Shown here piece by piece: positions 20,704-30,702 of a stretch of DNA of 54,877 nt. The notes below the pieces were generated by a model. It made no database searches. It saw only the letters and a list, made by a program, of their open reading frames with translations, and was not told where the DNA came from. The translations under genes were made by a program, and so were the position numbers. Origin of the DNA: Mycobacterium phage phiGD24-3. Every line of letters begins with the position of its first letter. The stretch's first letter is position 1. The stretch lies in the sequence record MW314854.1; one strand, given 5' to 3'.

Positions 20704-22697
20704 AGCGACAACTTGAAGCAATTACCAAAGGCGTAGAGGCCAAGATCAACGTCAACCCGGACGTGAGCGGTTTCCGGCAAAAGGTAAGTGCCGCCACCAA
20801 GGCCCTAGACAACGCCAAGGTCAAGGTCGATGTCGACAAGAACAGCGAGATCCTGCGTAAGAACGGTTTTCACACAGCCGACGAAACGATCAAGCTCAAG
20901 TTAGACCCGAAGTTCGACTACATGCTTCGGCAACGTCTGCAAAAGATGGGCGCTGTCAAAGTACCGGTAGAACCGGATGTCAAGACGTTCCGTATGCGGT
21001 TCGCAACGATGATGTCCAAACTGAAGAACCGGCTGTCCAATATCGAGCCCCCTTCGTTCGGATTCGGCATCAACGCAACAGGTTACGCGTTGATAGCTTC
21101 GGCCATTTCGCTCTTATCACCGGTAATCGTAGGTCTTCTAGGTGCCCTAACCACAGGTCTGCTGGCGCTCCCCGGACTCATTACGGCTGTGGTAGCGCCA
21201 ATAGGGGCGTTGGTTCTCGGTCTAGATGGACTGAAGAAAGCAGCTGGGGTACTGGAGAAGCCGTTCAAGGAACTTCGGGACACGATGTCCGAGAAGGTCG
21301 AAGAACAGTTTACGCCTGTCTTCGAGAAGCTGAAAGACATATTCCCGACGCTGAAGGCGGCATTGCCCAGCGTCACACAGGGTTTGGCTGATATGGCTAA
21401 GTCGTTCGCGGACGTGCTGACCAATCCCGCCAACCTTGCCAAACTCGATCAGACGATTCGCAACATCGCTAGTGGCCTGACGGCAGCGGCACCCGGTATA
21501 CGGGACTTCACCCAAGGGTTCCTTGATCTGATCAACGGGTTCTCTAACAAGCTCCCCGATATCGGTAGATGGTTCTCGGATACAGGTGCCTCGTTCAGCA
21601 AGTGGGTCAAGGACTTCACGACGGCGGGGCCAGACGGGGTATCCAAGTTCGATGTCGCTTTGAAGGGCCTCGGGGACACCCTGAAAATACTAGGTAGCGG
21701 ACTAGTCAACATCGCTGGCCGCGTACTGGACTTCTTCTCCGACCCCAAGAAGGTCGAAGGGTTCAAGAAGGAACTACAGGCCATCGTGACTCTGCTGGAG
21801 AAGCTAGTCGGCCTGTTGGTCATCGCCGCCAATGCGGTATCCGATTTCATCAATAGGTGGGATCGACTAACTAGCACAAGTCCTTCCACGATGCTGTCCG
21901 GCATATTCACCGGACTACAGCAGAGCATCGGAAGTCTCACCGCTTCAATCCTCACCGAGCTATCGAAGGTTCCTACCCAGATGGCGTCTCTGTGGGGTCA
22001 GATACCCGGTATCGCCCAAGCTGCCTGGAACGGCGTAATTCAAACGGTCAGCGGTGTTTTAGCTGGCGTACTAAACGTCGTTATAAACGGTGGGTTCCAG
22101 ATCATCGGTGAGGTCACTACATGGCCTGGGCGAATCACCGCCGCCCTGGCCGGTCTGTTCCAAGCAGGATTCCAGGCGGGAGCCCAACTGGTTCAGGGGT
22201 TCATAAACGGCATTGGATCTCTGATCGGTTCGGCTATCGCCAAAGCCCAGGAACTCGCTAGCTCAGTCAAGAACGCTGTCACTGGTTTTCTCGGAATTCA
22301 TTCCCCTTCAAGGGTAATGCACGAAGTAGGCCAGTTCACCGGTCAGGGTTTCGCTGATGGTCTGGAGTCACAGAAGGAAAAGATCACCAACGTCGCTGCG
22401 GACATCGCCAAAAGCGTCAAGGACCAGTTCGGTGTTGACCTTCCAGCGTTGGGCCAAAAGGGACTTGATACCGCGTTCGGCTTCGGAGAAGCCAACTTCA
22501 GTCAGCTGAAGGACGACCTAGGTATCGGCGGCGGTGCTATAACCGCTGCTCTCGATCAGGGTCTTCAGATCGGAAAACAGATGTTGGGCAACGGTCTAAC
22601 GCAGATCTTCAACACGTCCAACGTGGACGACACGATCGCCGTCAAGAACAACCAGTTGAACAAGCAGGCACTAGGTGTCGTCGGCAAGAGCGGATAG
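20622..22697 (+). CDS. tape measure protein
   Basis: RBS GAAGAGGAAGG; long helical, Ala/Gly/Leu-rich protein with hydrophobic central segment. Confidence 0.85.
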   Translation: MAGAGGREVGRISIRVVPDTDGFRRDLKRQLEAITKGVEAKINVNPDVSGFRQKVSAATKALDNAKVKVDVDKNSEILRKNGFHTADETIKLKLDPKFDYMLRQRLQKMGAVKVPVEPDVKTFRMRFATMMSKLKNRLSNIEPPSFGFGINATGYALIASAISLLSPVIVGLLGALTTGLLALPGLITAVVAPIGALVLGLDGLKKAAGVLEKPFKELRDTMSEKVEEQFTPVFEKLKDIFPTLKAALPSVTQGLADMAKSFADVLTNPANLAKLDQTIRNIASGLTAAAPGIRDFTQGFLDLINGFSNKLPDIGRWFSDTGASFSKWVKDFTTAGPDGVSKFDVALKGLGDTLKILGSGLVNIAGRVLDFFSDPKKVEGFKKELQAIVTLLEKLVGLLVIAANAVSDFINRWDRLTSTSPSTMLSGIFTGLQQSIGSLTASILTELSKVPTQMASLWGQIPGIAQAAWNGVIQTVSGVLAGVLNVVINGGFQIIGEVTTWPGRITAALAGLFQAGFQAGAQLVQGFINGIGSLIGSAIAKAQELASSVKNAVTGFLGIHSPSRVMHEVGQFTGQGFADGLESQKEKITNVAADIAKSVKDQFGVDLPALGQKGLDTAFGFGEANFSQLKDDLGIGGGAITAALDQGLQIGKQMLGNGLTQIFNTSNVDDTIAVKNNQLNKQALGVVGKSG

Positions 22698-22707
22698 GTG
22701 GTGAACA

Positions 22708-24069
22708 TTGATCGCTGAAACCGTCGTAGAGATCGAAGGTTGCAACGGCCAATGGGCCACCATCGCCGGTCCCCAAGAGGGTGATCGGGGTATGCACCTA
22801 GCCACCGATATTCAAGGGTTCTTTGACCCGCCCGTGAAGGTTGTATACGAGGAGCCGGGGAACTACCCCGGCGCTCGTTACCTGAACCACCGAATCCTAC
22901 GCCGTGACATGACGTTCGGCGTATGGATTCTGAACGACGCTGAGCACGGCGAGAACTCCTGGCAGTCGCGTGACTCCGAGTGGCGAAAAATGTGGGACTA
23001 CGACAAAGACACCTACATCCACATCACCACAGAGGATTCCGGTCGCCGGACGCTGAAATGCCGCCTGGGTGAGGCGATGGAAGTAGATCTCGTCACCGAC
23101 CCCCATGGCCGCTCGATGAACATGGTCAAAATGACCGTCATCGCTGGCGACCCGTTCTGGTACGGCGAAGACGCGACGTGGGAAGCCGAATGTCAGAAAG
23201 ACACGACGTTCAACCCGATCCTTATGGATCTGCCGTTCCCGTGGCCGCTGGCAGAACTCCCCAAAGAGACGCTGTACATCGAGATCGCCAACGGTGATAC
23301 ACAACACGGTCTAAACCCCACAGACCAAACGGTATTCCCCAAGTGGGCTGTACCCGGTTCAGAGCTTCCTCCGTCAGAGCCGTACATCCCGTTCCTTCCG
23401 TGGCTGGGTGCCCCCACGTCTCCCGCGACTATCTGGACCATCCCGGACTACTCGTTCGATGACCCGGAGTTCGCTAACCGTAGGTTGCGCCTACCGTCTC
23501 TTATCGGTGGACTGCGCACTGCATCGGTGCAAGTGGTCAACATCGTCGGCAAGCCGACGTCGGGAACGTGGAAGCTGACCTACAACGGTCAGTCCACCGT
23601 GAACCTATCTCGTACTGCTTCTGCTGCAACGGTTCAAGCAGCCCTGGAGGCCCTACCGGCTATCGGTGAAGGCAACGTGGTTGTCGACGGTGGACCGGCG
23701 TTCCTGGTGGGAACCCGGCCCTACACCGTGGCGTTCACGGGCTCACTCGCCGGTACCCCGGTCAAGTTGATGACCGGTTCGTCTTCGTTCAGCCCCACAA
23801 CGGCTTACGTACAGGTCTACGAATCTAACACCGGCTACACCGCAGGTGCTGAGGATTGCCTGATCGATACCGACCCTCGGGTCGAACAGGTCACCGCGCT
23901 CAACGGATCGCCTGTGTGGCAACGGATGAACGGTGTCCGCTTCCGCAATTCGATTCCACCGTGGACTAAGACCGCCACTTTCGAGATCACCGTGTCGGGT
24001 GCGAAGCCCGGCCAAATGGTCCAGCTTCGCGTACCCCGTCCTTGGTCTCGCCCTTGGGGATTGGAATAG
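22708..24069 (+). CDS. minor tail protein (C-terminal shared module)
   Basis: position; 'GTWKLTYNGQSTVNL...VQAALEALPAIGEGNVVV'. Confidence 0.8.
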   Translation: MIAETVVEIEGCNGQWATIAGPQEGDRGMHLATDIQGFFDPPVKVVYEEPGNYPGARYLNHRILRRDMTFGVWILNDAEHGENSWQSRDSEWRKMWDYDKDTYIHITTEDSGRRTLKCRLGEAMEVDLVTDPHGRSMNMVKMTVIAGDPFWYGEDATWEAECQKDTTFNPILMDLPFPWPLAELPKETLYIEIANGDTQHGLNPTDQTVFPKWAVPGSELPPSEPYIPFLPWLGAPTSPATIWTIPDYSFDDPEFANRRLRLPSLIGGLRTASVQVVNIVGKPTSGTWKLTYNGQSTVNLSRTASAATVQAALEALPAIGEGNVVVDGGPAFLVGTRPYTVAFTGSLAGTPVKLMTGSSSFSPTTAYVQVYESNTGYTAGAEDCLIDTDPRVEQVTALNGSPVWQRMNGVRFRNSIPPWTKTATFEITVSGAKPGQMVQLRVPRPWSRPWGLE

Positions 24070-24072
24070 TAG

Positions 24073-25818
24073 ATGTCGATCCGATCCAAAGAGGATGCTC
24101 AATTCCTGTGGGACCGGGTCATGGAGTCCCGCCGCTGGCGCGAGAAGCAACGTCTAAAGCCCGTCCTCACCCGTCTCTACGACGGTGACTTTGACCTCCG
24201 GGGTGTAGTCGCCGGGGAGCGTAAGGGCGAGTTCGAGTTTATCGACAACGACACCGGCACAGCGTCTTTGCAGCTGTCCCTAGACCACTATCTAGCCAAA
24301 TGGGTAATGGACTTCCGGGGCCGAGCCAAGCGCAACGTCCACGTGACCTTCGACAAGCAAGGTGCCCGGTGGTCGGGCCGGATGGAGTCCTACCGCGTTG
24401 TCCGTGAAGAGTCCGGTGACTGCTACCTAGAGATCACGTTCCTTCACGACATCGAAGAACTCAAGCACATGTACTGCTGGGCTAACCCGTTCCTGCGGCC
24501 TGAGTTCCAGTTCCCGAAGATGTGGGTGATCTTCGGACCCGCGAAGTGGTGCTTGCTAGTCACGTTGTTCGTCAACCTATTCCGGTTGGAGACGTCGTGG
24601 CTCACGCTGCCTGACAATCCGCTAGATCCTACAGAGTGGATGGGTCTGTCGTTCCTACCGTCGAACTGGCGGAACATCTGTTCCCCGTTGGACCTTCTGG
24701 ACGATAACTCCAACCTGGCAATCGTCTTCTCCCGGTTCAAGTCGATGTTCGACGTCGCCAAACGGGTGATGGAAGACGCTCAGCTGTCGTGGGTACCTCG
24801 TCGGTACCTGAAGGGTGAAGACCCACATCCGTTCGCGCACAAGTACGGTGGGATTCTCAACGAGACAACCTTCCCGCTACGTAACGGCTGTCTGGTCTGG
24901 GACATCGAAGACAAGTCCGGGTGGGGTACCGAGACCGCTTTCGGCGGTTCGATACTCGTCGGTCTGGTCCGTGCGATCGTCAACATCGCATCGGATGGCA
25001 CAACCGAAGGTGTTGAGGTCTACCACGGTGACCCGACCTACCCCGGCGAGTACTACGTTCCGTGGTTCCTCGGGACCAACCCGAAGGCACCCCACGTCGT
25101 CTACCAAGAGGGTCCGCTAACCGGTATCAAGTCCTCGGAGTTCAAGTACTACGAGGCTACCGACACGTCGTTCCTAACCGGTGGGCAGTCAATGCCTGGC
25201 GTAAATGAAGAGATCTCAGCGGTTATTCAGATGGGTGGAGACCTACTGGCAGCGCATATTTCGGCTGCCATCGAAGTTCAGCTTCCGCCTATTGGTGGTG
25301 CGATCGACGCTATCGCTAACCCGATTTACTCGGACACGATCCTCGCGTTCATGGAGATCCCGACCCTACGGGCTATGGAACTCTCGCTACCTCTTCCGGG
25401 GTTGGAGAACGCCATCACCGGGCTTGGAGATTTCCACTACTACGAGGGCTGGGCAGACGGCGCGGACAAAGCGTTCACGCTCTCCGCGATTATGGCGATA
25501 CGGGCGAAGATCTGGGCGACCAGGGCTCACACGTCGCACACGCTTAAGATCTCGGACGCAGCCCCGTACTACATCGGGGCACCCGGCTACGGTCACTTCT
25601 GGCTCGGAGACCGTATCGGTACAACGGTTCTCGGTTTCCCTGACCCGTACACGATATTTGTCGAACGTGTATCCAAGATCAGCTACTCATGGGGTGCAGA
25701 CGGCCCTAAGGGTTGGGAGATCGAAGTCGGATACCGCGAACCACAAGATCCGATGCTCAAGGCGTTCGAGATGATCCGCGACATTAACTCGTCGCTGGGT
25801 GACCTAGGCGTTCTGTAA
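24073..25818 (+). CDS. minor tail protein
   Basis: size and position. Confidence 0.8.
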   Translation: MSIRSKEDAQFLWDRVMESRRWREKQRLKPVLTRLYDGDFDLRGVVAGERKGEFEFIDNDTGTASLQLSLDHYLAKWVMDFRGRAKRNVHVTFDKQGARWSGRMESYRVVREESGDCYLEITFLHDIEELKHMYCWANPFLRPEFQFPKMWVIFGPAKWCLLVTLFVNLFRLETSWLTLPDNPLDPTEWMGLSFLPSNWRNICSPLDLLDDNSNLAIVFSRFKSMFDVAKRVMEDAQLSWVPRRYLKGEDPHPFAHKYGGILNETTFPLRNGCLVWDIEDKSGWGTETAFGGSILVGLVRAIVNIASDGTTEGVEVYHGDPTYPGEYYVPWFLGTNPKAPHVVYQEGPLTGIKSSEFKYYEATDTSFLTGGQSMPGVNEEISAVIQMGGDLLAAHISAAIEVQLPPIGGAIDAIANPIYSDTILAFMEIPTLRAMELSLPLPGLENAITGLGDFHYYEGWADGADKAFTLSAIMAIRAKIWATRAHTSHTLKISDAAPYYIGAPGYGHFWLGDRIGTTVLGFPDPYTIFVERVSKISYSWGADGPKGWEIEVGYREPQDPMLKAFEMIRDINSSLGDLGVL

Positions 25819-25831
25819 CTACAACGGCTGA

Positions 25832-25853
25832 ACCGTACCGAAACCGGTACGGT
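25832..25853 (+). terminator. perfect 9-bp hairpin (ACCGTACCG-aaac-CGGTACGGT), candidate terminator/attenuator
   Basis: read directly; no U-tract. Confidence 0.4.
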
Positions 25854-25873
25854 CTGGCCACGAAAGGCCCGCC

Positions 25874-26353
25874 ATGACCTTCAAACCCGGCATTCCCTCA
25901 CAGCAAGAAGCCGATCCGCACAACCCAGAAGAGCACGTTGTCTGGGCTCTGCGGAATATGCCCACGTTCGCCGGTATCGGTGCGGTAACGCACCCCGGCT
26001 TTCTACGGCAGTGGTCTAAGCATCTGTGGGAGTGCGGGTTTAGGCATCGGGACTACTTGGAAGGGCTGGCTGACGAGAACGGCAACATCCACGTCAGCCA
26101 GCTCCCCAAGCAGACGATAGAACTCCAAGGCGCGTTCCGTGGCCCTAGCCACATCTACAACAACGCGGCCCGGTGGGTGCCGGTTGGTACGGCTACCCCA
26201 CCACCTGTCGTCCTCCCCGACACACGCGAAATGACCATCCAAGAGAGCGACGTCATGCTGCGCCAGTTCGAGAGAGACGGACGCCTTCCGGGGCCTCTGC
26301 CCCGCAGAGATGTTGCACAAGAACTTAATCGAGAGGAGCCGGACAATGGCTGA
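25874..26353 (+). CDS. minor tail / hypothetical protein
   Basis: RBS CGAAAGG. Confidence 0.65.
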   Translation: MTFKPGIPSQQEADPHNPEEHVVWALRNMPTFAGIGAVTHPGFLRQWSKHLWECGFRHRDYLEGLADENGNIHVSQLPKQTIELQGAFRGPSHIYNNAARWVPVGTATPPPVVLPDTREMTIQESDVMLRQFERDGRLPGPLPRRDVAQELNREEPDNG

Positions 26354-26600
26354 GAACGACCCTATGGACACGGGCGGTCTGGTCGTAGATGACGACGACA
26401 CGTTCGAGGAGATCGTCAAGAAGGCAACCGAACCCGTCGTGGTCCGTGCCGGTCTGTTCGCTGTAGCCAACCTGATCGCGGTCATCGTCGGTAAACAGGT
26501 TCTAGACCAGGCCGCGATCGAAGCCATCATGGCCGTGTACGGCGTGGTCGGCCCGATCATCCTCGGACTGTGGATTCGTAGACACGTCACACCGAAGTGA
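26346..26600 (+). CDS. membrane protein with two predicted TM helices (holin-like)
   Basis: hydrophobic stretches '[15 protein letters not shown]' and '[18 protein letters not shown]', basic C-terminus. Confidence 0.6.
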   Translation: MAENDPMDTGGLVVDDDDTFEEIVKKATEPVVVRAGLFAVANLIAVIVGKQVLDQAAIEAIMAVYGVVGPIILGLWIRRHVTPK

Positions 26601-26920
26601 ACATCACTCCGTTCAACCCGGACGATTGGATGGACGTCGTTGCCCTGTTTGGCCTTAGCTTCTCTGGACTACTGGCGACGGTATTGCCGGTGTGGCTGAA
26701 CCTGCGCAAGCAGAACCGAGACCTCAAGACCATCAAACACGAAGTCAAGAACGACCACGGCACCAACCTCCGAGCGGACATAGACCGCCTCACAAAGGCT
26801 GTAGAGACCGGGTTCTCGAACGTGGAGCGAGATATCTCCGCTCTCCGTAAGGACGTTCAGCAAGAACGAGAAGACCGGATCGAAGGTGACCGCCTTCGAC
26901 TGATTAGGGGGCACCGATGA
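26597..26920 (+). CDS. membrane protein, single N-terminal TM + charged coiled-coil
   Basis: GTGA coupling; 'VVALFGLSFSGLLATVLPVWL'. Confidence 0.6.
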   Translation: MNITPFNPDDWMDVVALFGLSFSGLLATVLPVWLNLRKQNRDLKTIKHEVKNDHGTNLRADIDRLTKAVETGFSNVERDISALRKDVQQEREDRIEGDRLRLIRGHR

Positions 26921-28407
26921 CAACCCCGCATCAGCCCGCCCCCGATGGAGCATACGTAGTCGGCGGTAACAACGCCAACGGCGAGGGGTTCAACTTCGGT
27001 CAGGACATGACCGAGACGATAGCCAAATCGCTATACATGCCGGTGGTTTCGTTCATCGACCAGCTGGGAGCCCTCGCAGCCAACCTGCTCAGGATGCCCC
27101 TGGACGTGCTCAAGCAGTTCATGCCCGCCATCCCCGGCGCGACCGCTGCGATGTTCAAAGACGTTCCCACAGCGGTACAAACAATCATCAACTGGTTTAC
27201 CGGTCTCGGAAAACTGTTGCTGGTCGGAGACTTCCTCGGGTTCCTTCGTCAGGTAACCGGTGGAGTATCAGATGATTTCGGTGAACTCGTTCAAGAGTTC
27301 ATCAACATGCTTAACCCGTTGAACTCTATCCCGTACATCCTGTCGGTTCTGAATCAGATCCTCGACATCATCAGCGGAGCGTTCACCGCCCCTATCAACG
27401 GTGCGCTAGCGATGTTGCAAGACTGGTTCAACGCGCTTACCGGTAAGACACAAGCACTTACGGTGGACGGAGAACTAGACGGCGGCAACATCGTCGGAAC
27501 TATCGCTTCGTCTGTCGTTGAGGGTTTGGACGACCTCGGAGACACAGTAGTCGGTATCGGCAACGATCTCGTCGCCACCGGACAGGCGATCGTCAACGGT
27601 TGGTTCGGTGGGTCGTCCGCTACGGGCACGCCTGCCGAAGTTCAAACGACGATCGAAACGATCAAGCAAGCTGTAATCAACGGCTACACCGTGGACACGA
27701 TCACGTCTTCGCAGTCGTACGCCAAACCCTCCACCACCATAAGCGAACTCGTTGTTATCGGAATCGGTGCAGGCGACAACGGGGCCGGTGGCTCCAGCGG
27801 CACCACCACTACCGGTGGAAATGGTGGCGCAGGTGGTGTGAACGGCGGATACCTAGCGCTCAAGCTAGATCCAGATTCGATTACCTGGCCGGTTGACGTA
27901 ACGATCGGGACTAACGCACAACACACCTCGTTCGGTTCGTATTTAAGTACGACGCGGGGCGCGGGTGGTATCCAAGGGGAATTCGGGTATCAACAAACGT
28001 CTTCCACCCCCGGCAGCGGGGGTGACGGAGGTAAGGGCGGGTTCAAGGCTGGCACATCAGCCAGCTATGGAACATACGGTGCAACAGGGTCTTCGTCTGC
28101 TGCCGCCATGGGCGGGGTGGGCGGATCTCCCAGCGCACTACCGGCTGGCACGGGTACGGCTGGAGGCGCGGTCTCAGCTGGTGCTGAGATCAAATGCGGC
28201 GGCGGCGGTGCCGGGGGCGGCGGGGGCGGTAATCCCACGGGCACCTTGGCCCAAGCTGTCGGCGGTAACGGTGCCAACGGTGGATACCCTGGAGGTGGCG
28301 GCGGTGGAGGTGGTGGCGGGGCTGGTTTCAGCACCGGTAGCCACGGCGGTGGCGGATGGGGCGGTAACGGTGCTACAGGCGTCCTGTGGGTGTTCTGGAA
28401 GGCGTGA
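26917..28407 (+). CDS. minor tail protein, glycine-rich
   Basis: ATGA coupling; long poly-Gly C-terminal region. Confidence 0.8.
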   Translation: MTTPHQPAPDGAYVVGGNNANGEGFNFGQDMTETIAKSLYMPVVSFIDQLGALAANLLRMPLDVLKQFMPAIPGATAAMFKDVPTAVQTIINWFTGLGKLLLVGDFLGFLRQVTGGVSDDFGELVQEFINMLNPLNSIPYILSVLNQILDIISGAFTAPINGALAMLQDWFNALTGKTQALTVDGELDGGNIVGTIASSVVEGLDDLGDTVVGIGNDLVATGQAIVNGWFGGSSATGTPAEVQTTIETIKQAVINGYTVDTITSSQSYAKPSTTISELVVIGIGAGDNGAGGSSGTTTTGGNGGAGGVNGGYLALKLDPDSITWPVDVTIGTNAQHTSFGSYLSTTRGAGGIQGEFGYQQTSSTPGSGGDGGKGGFKAGTSASYGTYGATGSSSAAAMGGVGGSPSALPAGTGTAGGAVSAGAEIKCGGGGAGGGGGGNPTGTLAQAVGGNGANGGYPGGGGGGGGGGAGFSTGSHGGGGWGGNGATGVLWVFWKA

Positions 28408-28409
28408 GT

Positions 28410-28721
28410 ATGCATACAGCTGAGCTGATCTCAGAGTTCTTACCGCACTTCTGTCCTAAGACTAACCACTACCGATGCACCGATGGTGAAACCACGTGGT
28501 ACCTCCTGATCACCGTGGCGTCCGCTGAATCACTCGGGAACCTACTCGGTATCCCGGTGAACATGCTTCACCTCCCGAAGACGGTCGACGTCTTCTTGGC
28601 CGACGAGAACGCGGTAGTGCTCGACGCCGACTTCGACCCGGCCAACGGTCTAACGCCGTTGTGTCGCATCGAAGATTGCACATCACACGAACAAGCACTA
28701 TCCCTGATGGGATACCAGTAG
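28410..28721 (+). CDS. hypothetical protein
   Basis: last rightward ORF before the convergent terminator. Confidence 0.55.
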   Translation: MHTAELISEFLPHFCPKTNHYRCTDGETTWYLLITVASAESLGNLLGIPVNMLHLPKTVDVFLADENAVVLDADFDPANGLTPLCRIEDCTSHEQALSLMGYQ

Positions 28722-28727
28722 TACACG

Positions 28728-28806
28728 AAAAGCCCCCTACCTGGTCGTACAACCAAAACCCGGATTACACCGAGTTGGTTGTATTGCCTGGATAGGGGGC
28801 TTTTTT
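28728..28806. terminator. bidirectional terminator: AAAA-GCCCCCTA...(inner 9-bp hairpin)...TAGGGGGC-TTTTTT
   Basis: flanked by A- and T-tracts; separates convergent operons. Confidence 0.7.
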
Positions 28807-28810
28807 GCGT

Positions 28811-29170
28811 TTAGAGGACTAGACAGGTTGGGTCGTTGGCGTCGCCTACGGTGTGTTTCTCGGCCTTCACCTCACCGTCTACGGTGATTCGGCACCACGC
28901 CTGGGTATCCCGGCCCTCTCCTGAATTGGCCCAGGTGTACAACGGCTTGGGGCTCTGCGGCACGTTGTCGCCCCGCAGTTCCACTCGGGTCTGACCTGGT
29001 TGGTATCGAATACCGTTTTGGTAGTTGTCGTCGTACGAGGCGAACGAATAGTCACCCCCGACCTCGAACACAACTACCCCCCGCTTCACCGGGGCTTCTG
29101 TAGGCGTCTCGTGGTTGGTACTACATGCCGTCAGCGCTAGCAGCAACACTGGCACTAGCTTCCTCATCAT
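28811..29170 (-). CDS. lipoprotein (signal peptide + lipobox LTAC), translationally coupled to integrase
   Basis: RBS AAGGAGA; 'MMRKLVPVLLLALTAC'; ATGA overlap with the int stop. Confidence 0.7.
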   Translation of the reverse strand: MMRKLVPVLLLALTACSTNHETPTEAPVKRGVVVFEVGGDYSFASYDDNYQNGIRYQPGQTRVELRGDNVPQSPKPLYTWANSGEGRDTQAWCRITVDGEVKAEKHTVGDANDPTCLVL

Positions 29171-30585
29171 TCTCCTTTCAAAGCCATACGTTCCAGTATG
29201 TCGTCGGGTATATGCAGGTGTAGTTTCTGCCCACCTGTCATTGTGGCGGCTAGTGTGATACCTGATTTCAACAGGAGTTCTCGTCGGAATTGCGGGTCGT
29301 CGTCCGACTCCCACATCTCCCGGTATGTCCGGGGCAATTCCCGGTATTCCCACCGGGACTCAGACGTCGGAAGCTTTTCCAGTGAGGCTATACGAGAATC
29401 CAGGGCTGCCAATTGGGCTGTGAGCGACGAACGCATAGTGGCTGATGTCATTGTGCCCAAGAGGGCTGTTAGTTCTTCTGTGGCCCGTATAGCCTCGTCT
29501 AATTCGATTTGGTGGTTTTCAGCCGGTACGAAGTACCTTTCCAGGACGTTTTTGTCCCCCACCTCACGCATAAGGTTTTCTTCCAGGTACTCATCCAACA
29601 TATCGGCCTTGATTCCGGGGGTTCGGTGGTTCCGGCAGTAGTAGCTTCTGTATAGCCCCTTACCGTAATTGCGGGTGTAGCTCCGGTAGTACAAAGGCTT
29701 ATCACATATGTAACACACAACCACCCCGAGAAGTGGCGATGTGTTTTTTACTCGATTCGATGTCTCGGGTAGTTTCCACTGGGTTAGCACGGCTTGCAGC
29801 CGATCCCACTCAGAAGGAGTAAGCAAGGCTTCGCAGTTGGATATAGGTACACCCGACGAATCGCGTACGGTCTTGCCGCGATCGGTGGAGTGGCCTTTAA
29901 GGTACTTATGCTGAAGAATCCGCCACAACGTCTGCGATGTCCACTTCTTCCCACCAGGACTGGGAACCCCTTGGTCGTTCAGACGTTCAGCAACGGTGTG
30001 TACGGCAGTACCGTCTAACACCTCGTCTATCGCACGGCGAAGTATTGGTGCGGTTTCGGTATTCAGAGACAACACCCACCCGCCCTCCGGTAACTTCTCT
30101 GGGATGAGCCAGTATGGCACCGGTCCCCCGGTCCATCGACCGGATTCCAGTAGTTTCTTACGGGACGCCTTGGTCCGTTCTCGGATGGCTTCTAACTCGC
30201 CTTCCGCGACCCCGGCGATGACGTTGGCCACCAACCGGCCAACCCAAGTTGATAGGTCGATGTTGTCGGACACGCACACGAGTGTCTTCTCGTGCTCCAG
30301 CATCCACCCGAACACTTTGTTCAGTGGTATCGCCCGTCGACCTATTCGGTCTAGCTTCCAGGCGACCAGGATGTCCCAGTCCCCCCGTTTGTCTTCCTGG
30401 AACCACGGCCCTAACTGGGGTGCCTCGAAGGGGTCGATAGATCCCGACACGTCTACGTCTTCAGCCCACCCCACGATGGTGTGGTCGTTCATCTCGGACC
30501 ACTTCTCGATCAGTTCTCGTTGGCGGTCGACGGACGTGGATTCCTCGGTCAACCTGGACAAACGCACCCGTCCTAGTACTCGCAT
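29167..30585 (-). CDS. int: large serine recombinase / integrase (Bxb1-like)
   Basis: N-terminal 'MRVLGRVRLSRLTEESTS' resolvase catalytic domain with S at the conserved position; zinc-ribbon and coiled-coil C-terminal region. Confidence 0.9.
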   Translation of the reverse strand: MRVLGRVRLSRLTEESTSVDRQRELIEKWSEMNDHTIVGWAEDVDVSGSIDPFEAPQLGPWFQEDKRGDWDILVAWKLDRIGRRAIPLNKVFGWMLEHEKTLVCVSDNIDLSTWVGRLVANVIAGVAEGELEAIRERTKASRKKLLESGRWTGGPVPYWLIPEKLPEGGWVLSLNTETAPILRRAIDEVLDGTAVHTVAERLNDQGVPSPGGKKWTSQTLWRILQHKYLKGHSTDRGKTVRDSSGVPISNCEALLTPSEWDRLQAVLTQWKLPETSNRVKNTSPLLGVVVCYICDKPLYYRSYTRNYGKGLYRSYYCRNHRTPGIKADMLDEYLEENLMREVGDKNVLERYFVPAENHQIELDEAIRATEELTALLGTMTSATMRSSLTAQLAALDSRIASLEKLPTSESRWEYRELPRTYREMWESDDDPQFRRELLLKSGITLAATMTGGQKLHLHIPDDILERMALKGE

Positions 30586-30597
30586 AGGGCGAGTCTA
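30586..30597 (-). promoter_or_regulatory. candidate int promoter -10 (TAGACT), 7 nt before ATG (leaderless)
   Basis: TANNNT hexamer; A of ATG at the expected +1; -35 weak. Confidence 0.35.
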
Positions 30598-30606
30598 CAA
30601 TGCTTC

Positions 30607-30644
30607 CCACATGAGAAGTCGTATAGTAACTATTCTAGATGTGG
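30607..30644. other. candidate attP core: 38-bp imperfect palindrome CCACATgAGAAg...tATTCTaGATGTGG
   Basis: immediately upstream of the serine integrase gene, as in Bxb1-type phages. Confidence 0.35.
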
Positions 30645-30654
30645 TTTAGGTACG

Positions 30655-30696
30655 AAAAAAGCCCCCAGGCCAGCCGGTTAGGGCCAGCCCAGGGGC
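30655..30696 (-). terminator. intrinsic terminator for leftward transcription (15-bp GC stem with G·U pairs + TTTTTT on minus strand)
   Basis: read directly. Confidence 0.65.
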
Positions 30697-30702
30697 CTAG
30701 TT

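Noticed and set aside
28741-28756. GGTCGTACAACCAA resembling the 5' half of the stoperator
   Set aside because: Only 7/14 match (lacks TGTCAAG); it is part of the inner hairpin of the bidirectional terminator.
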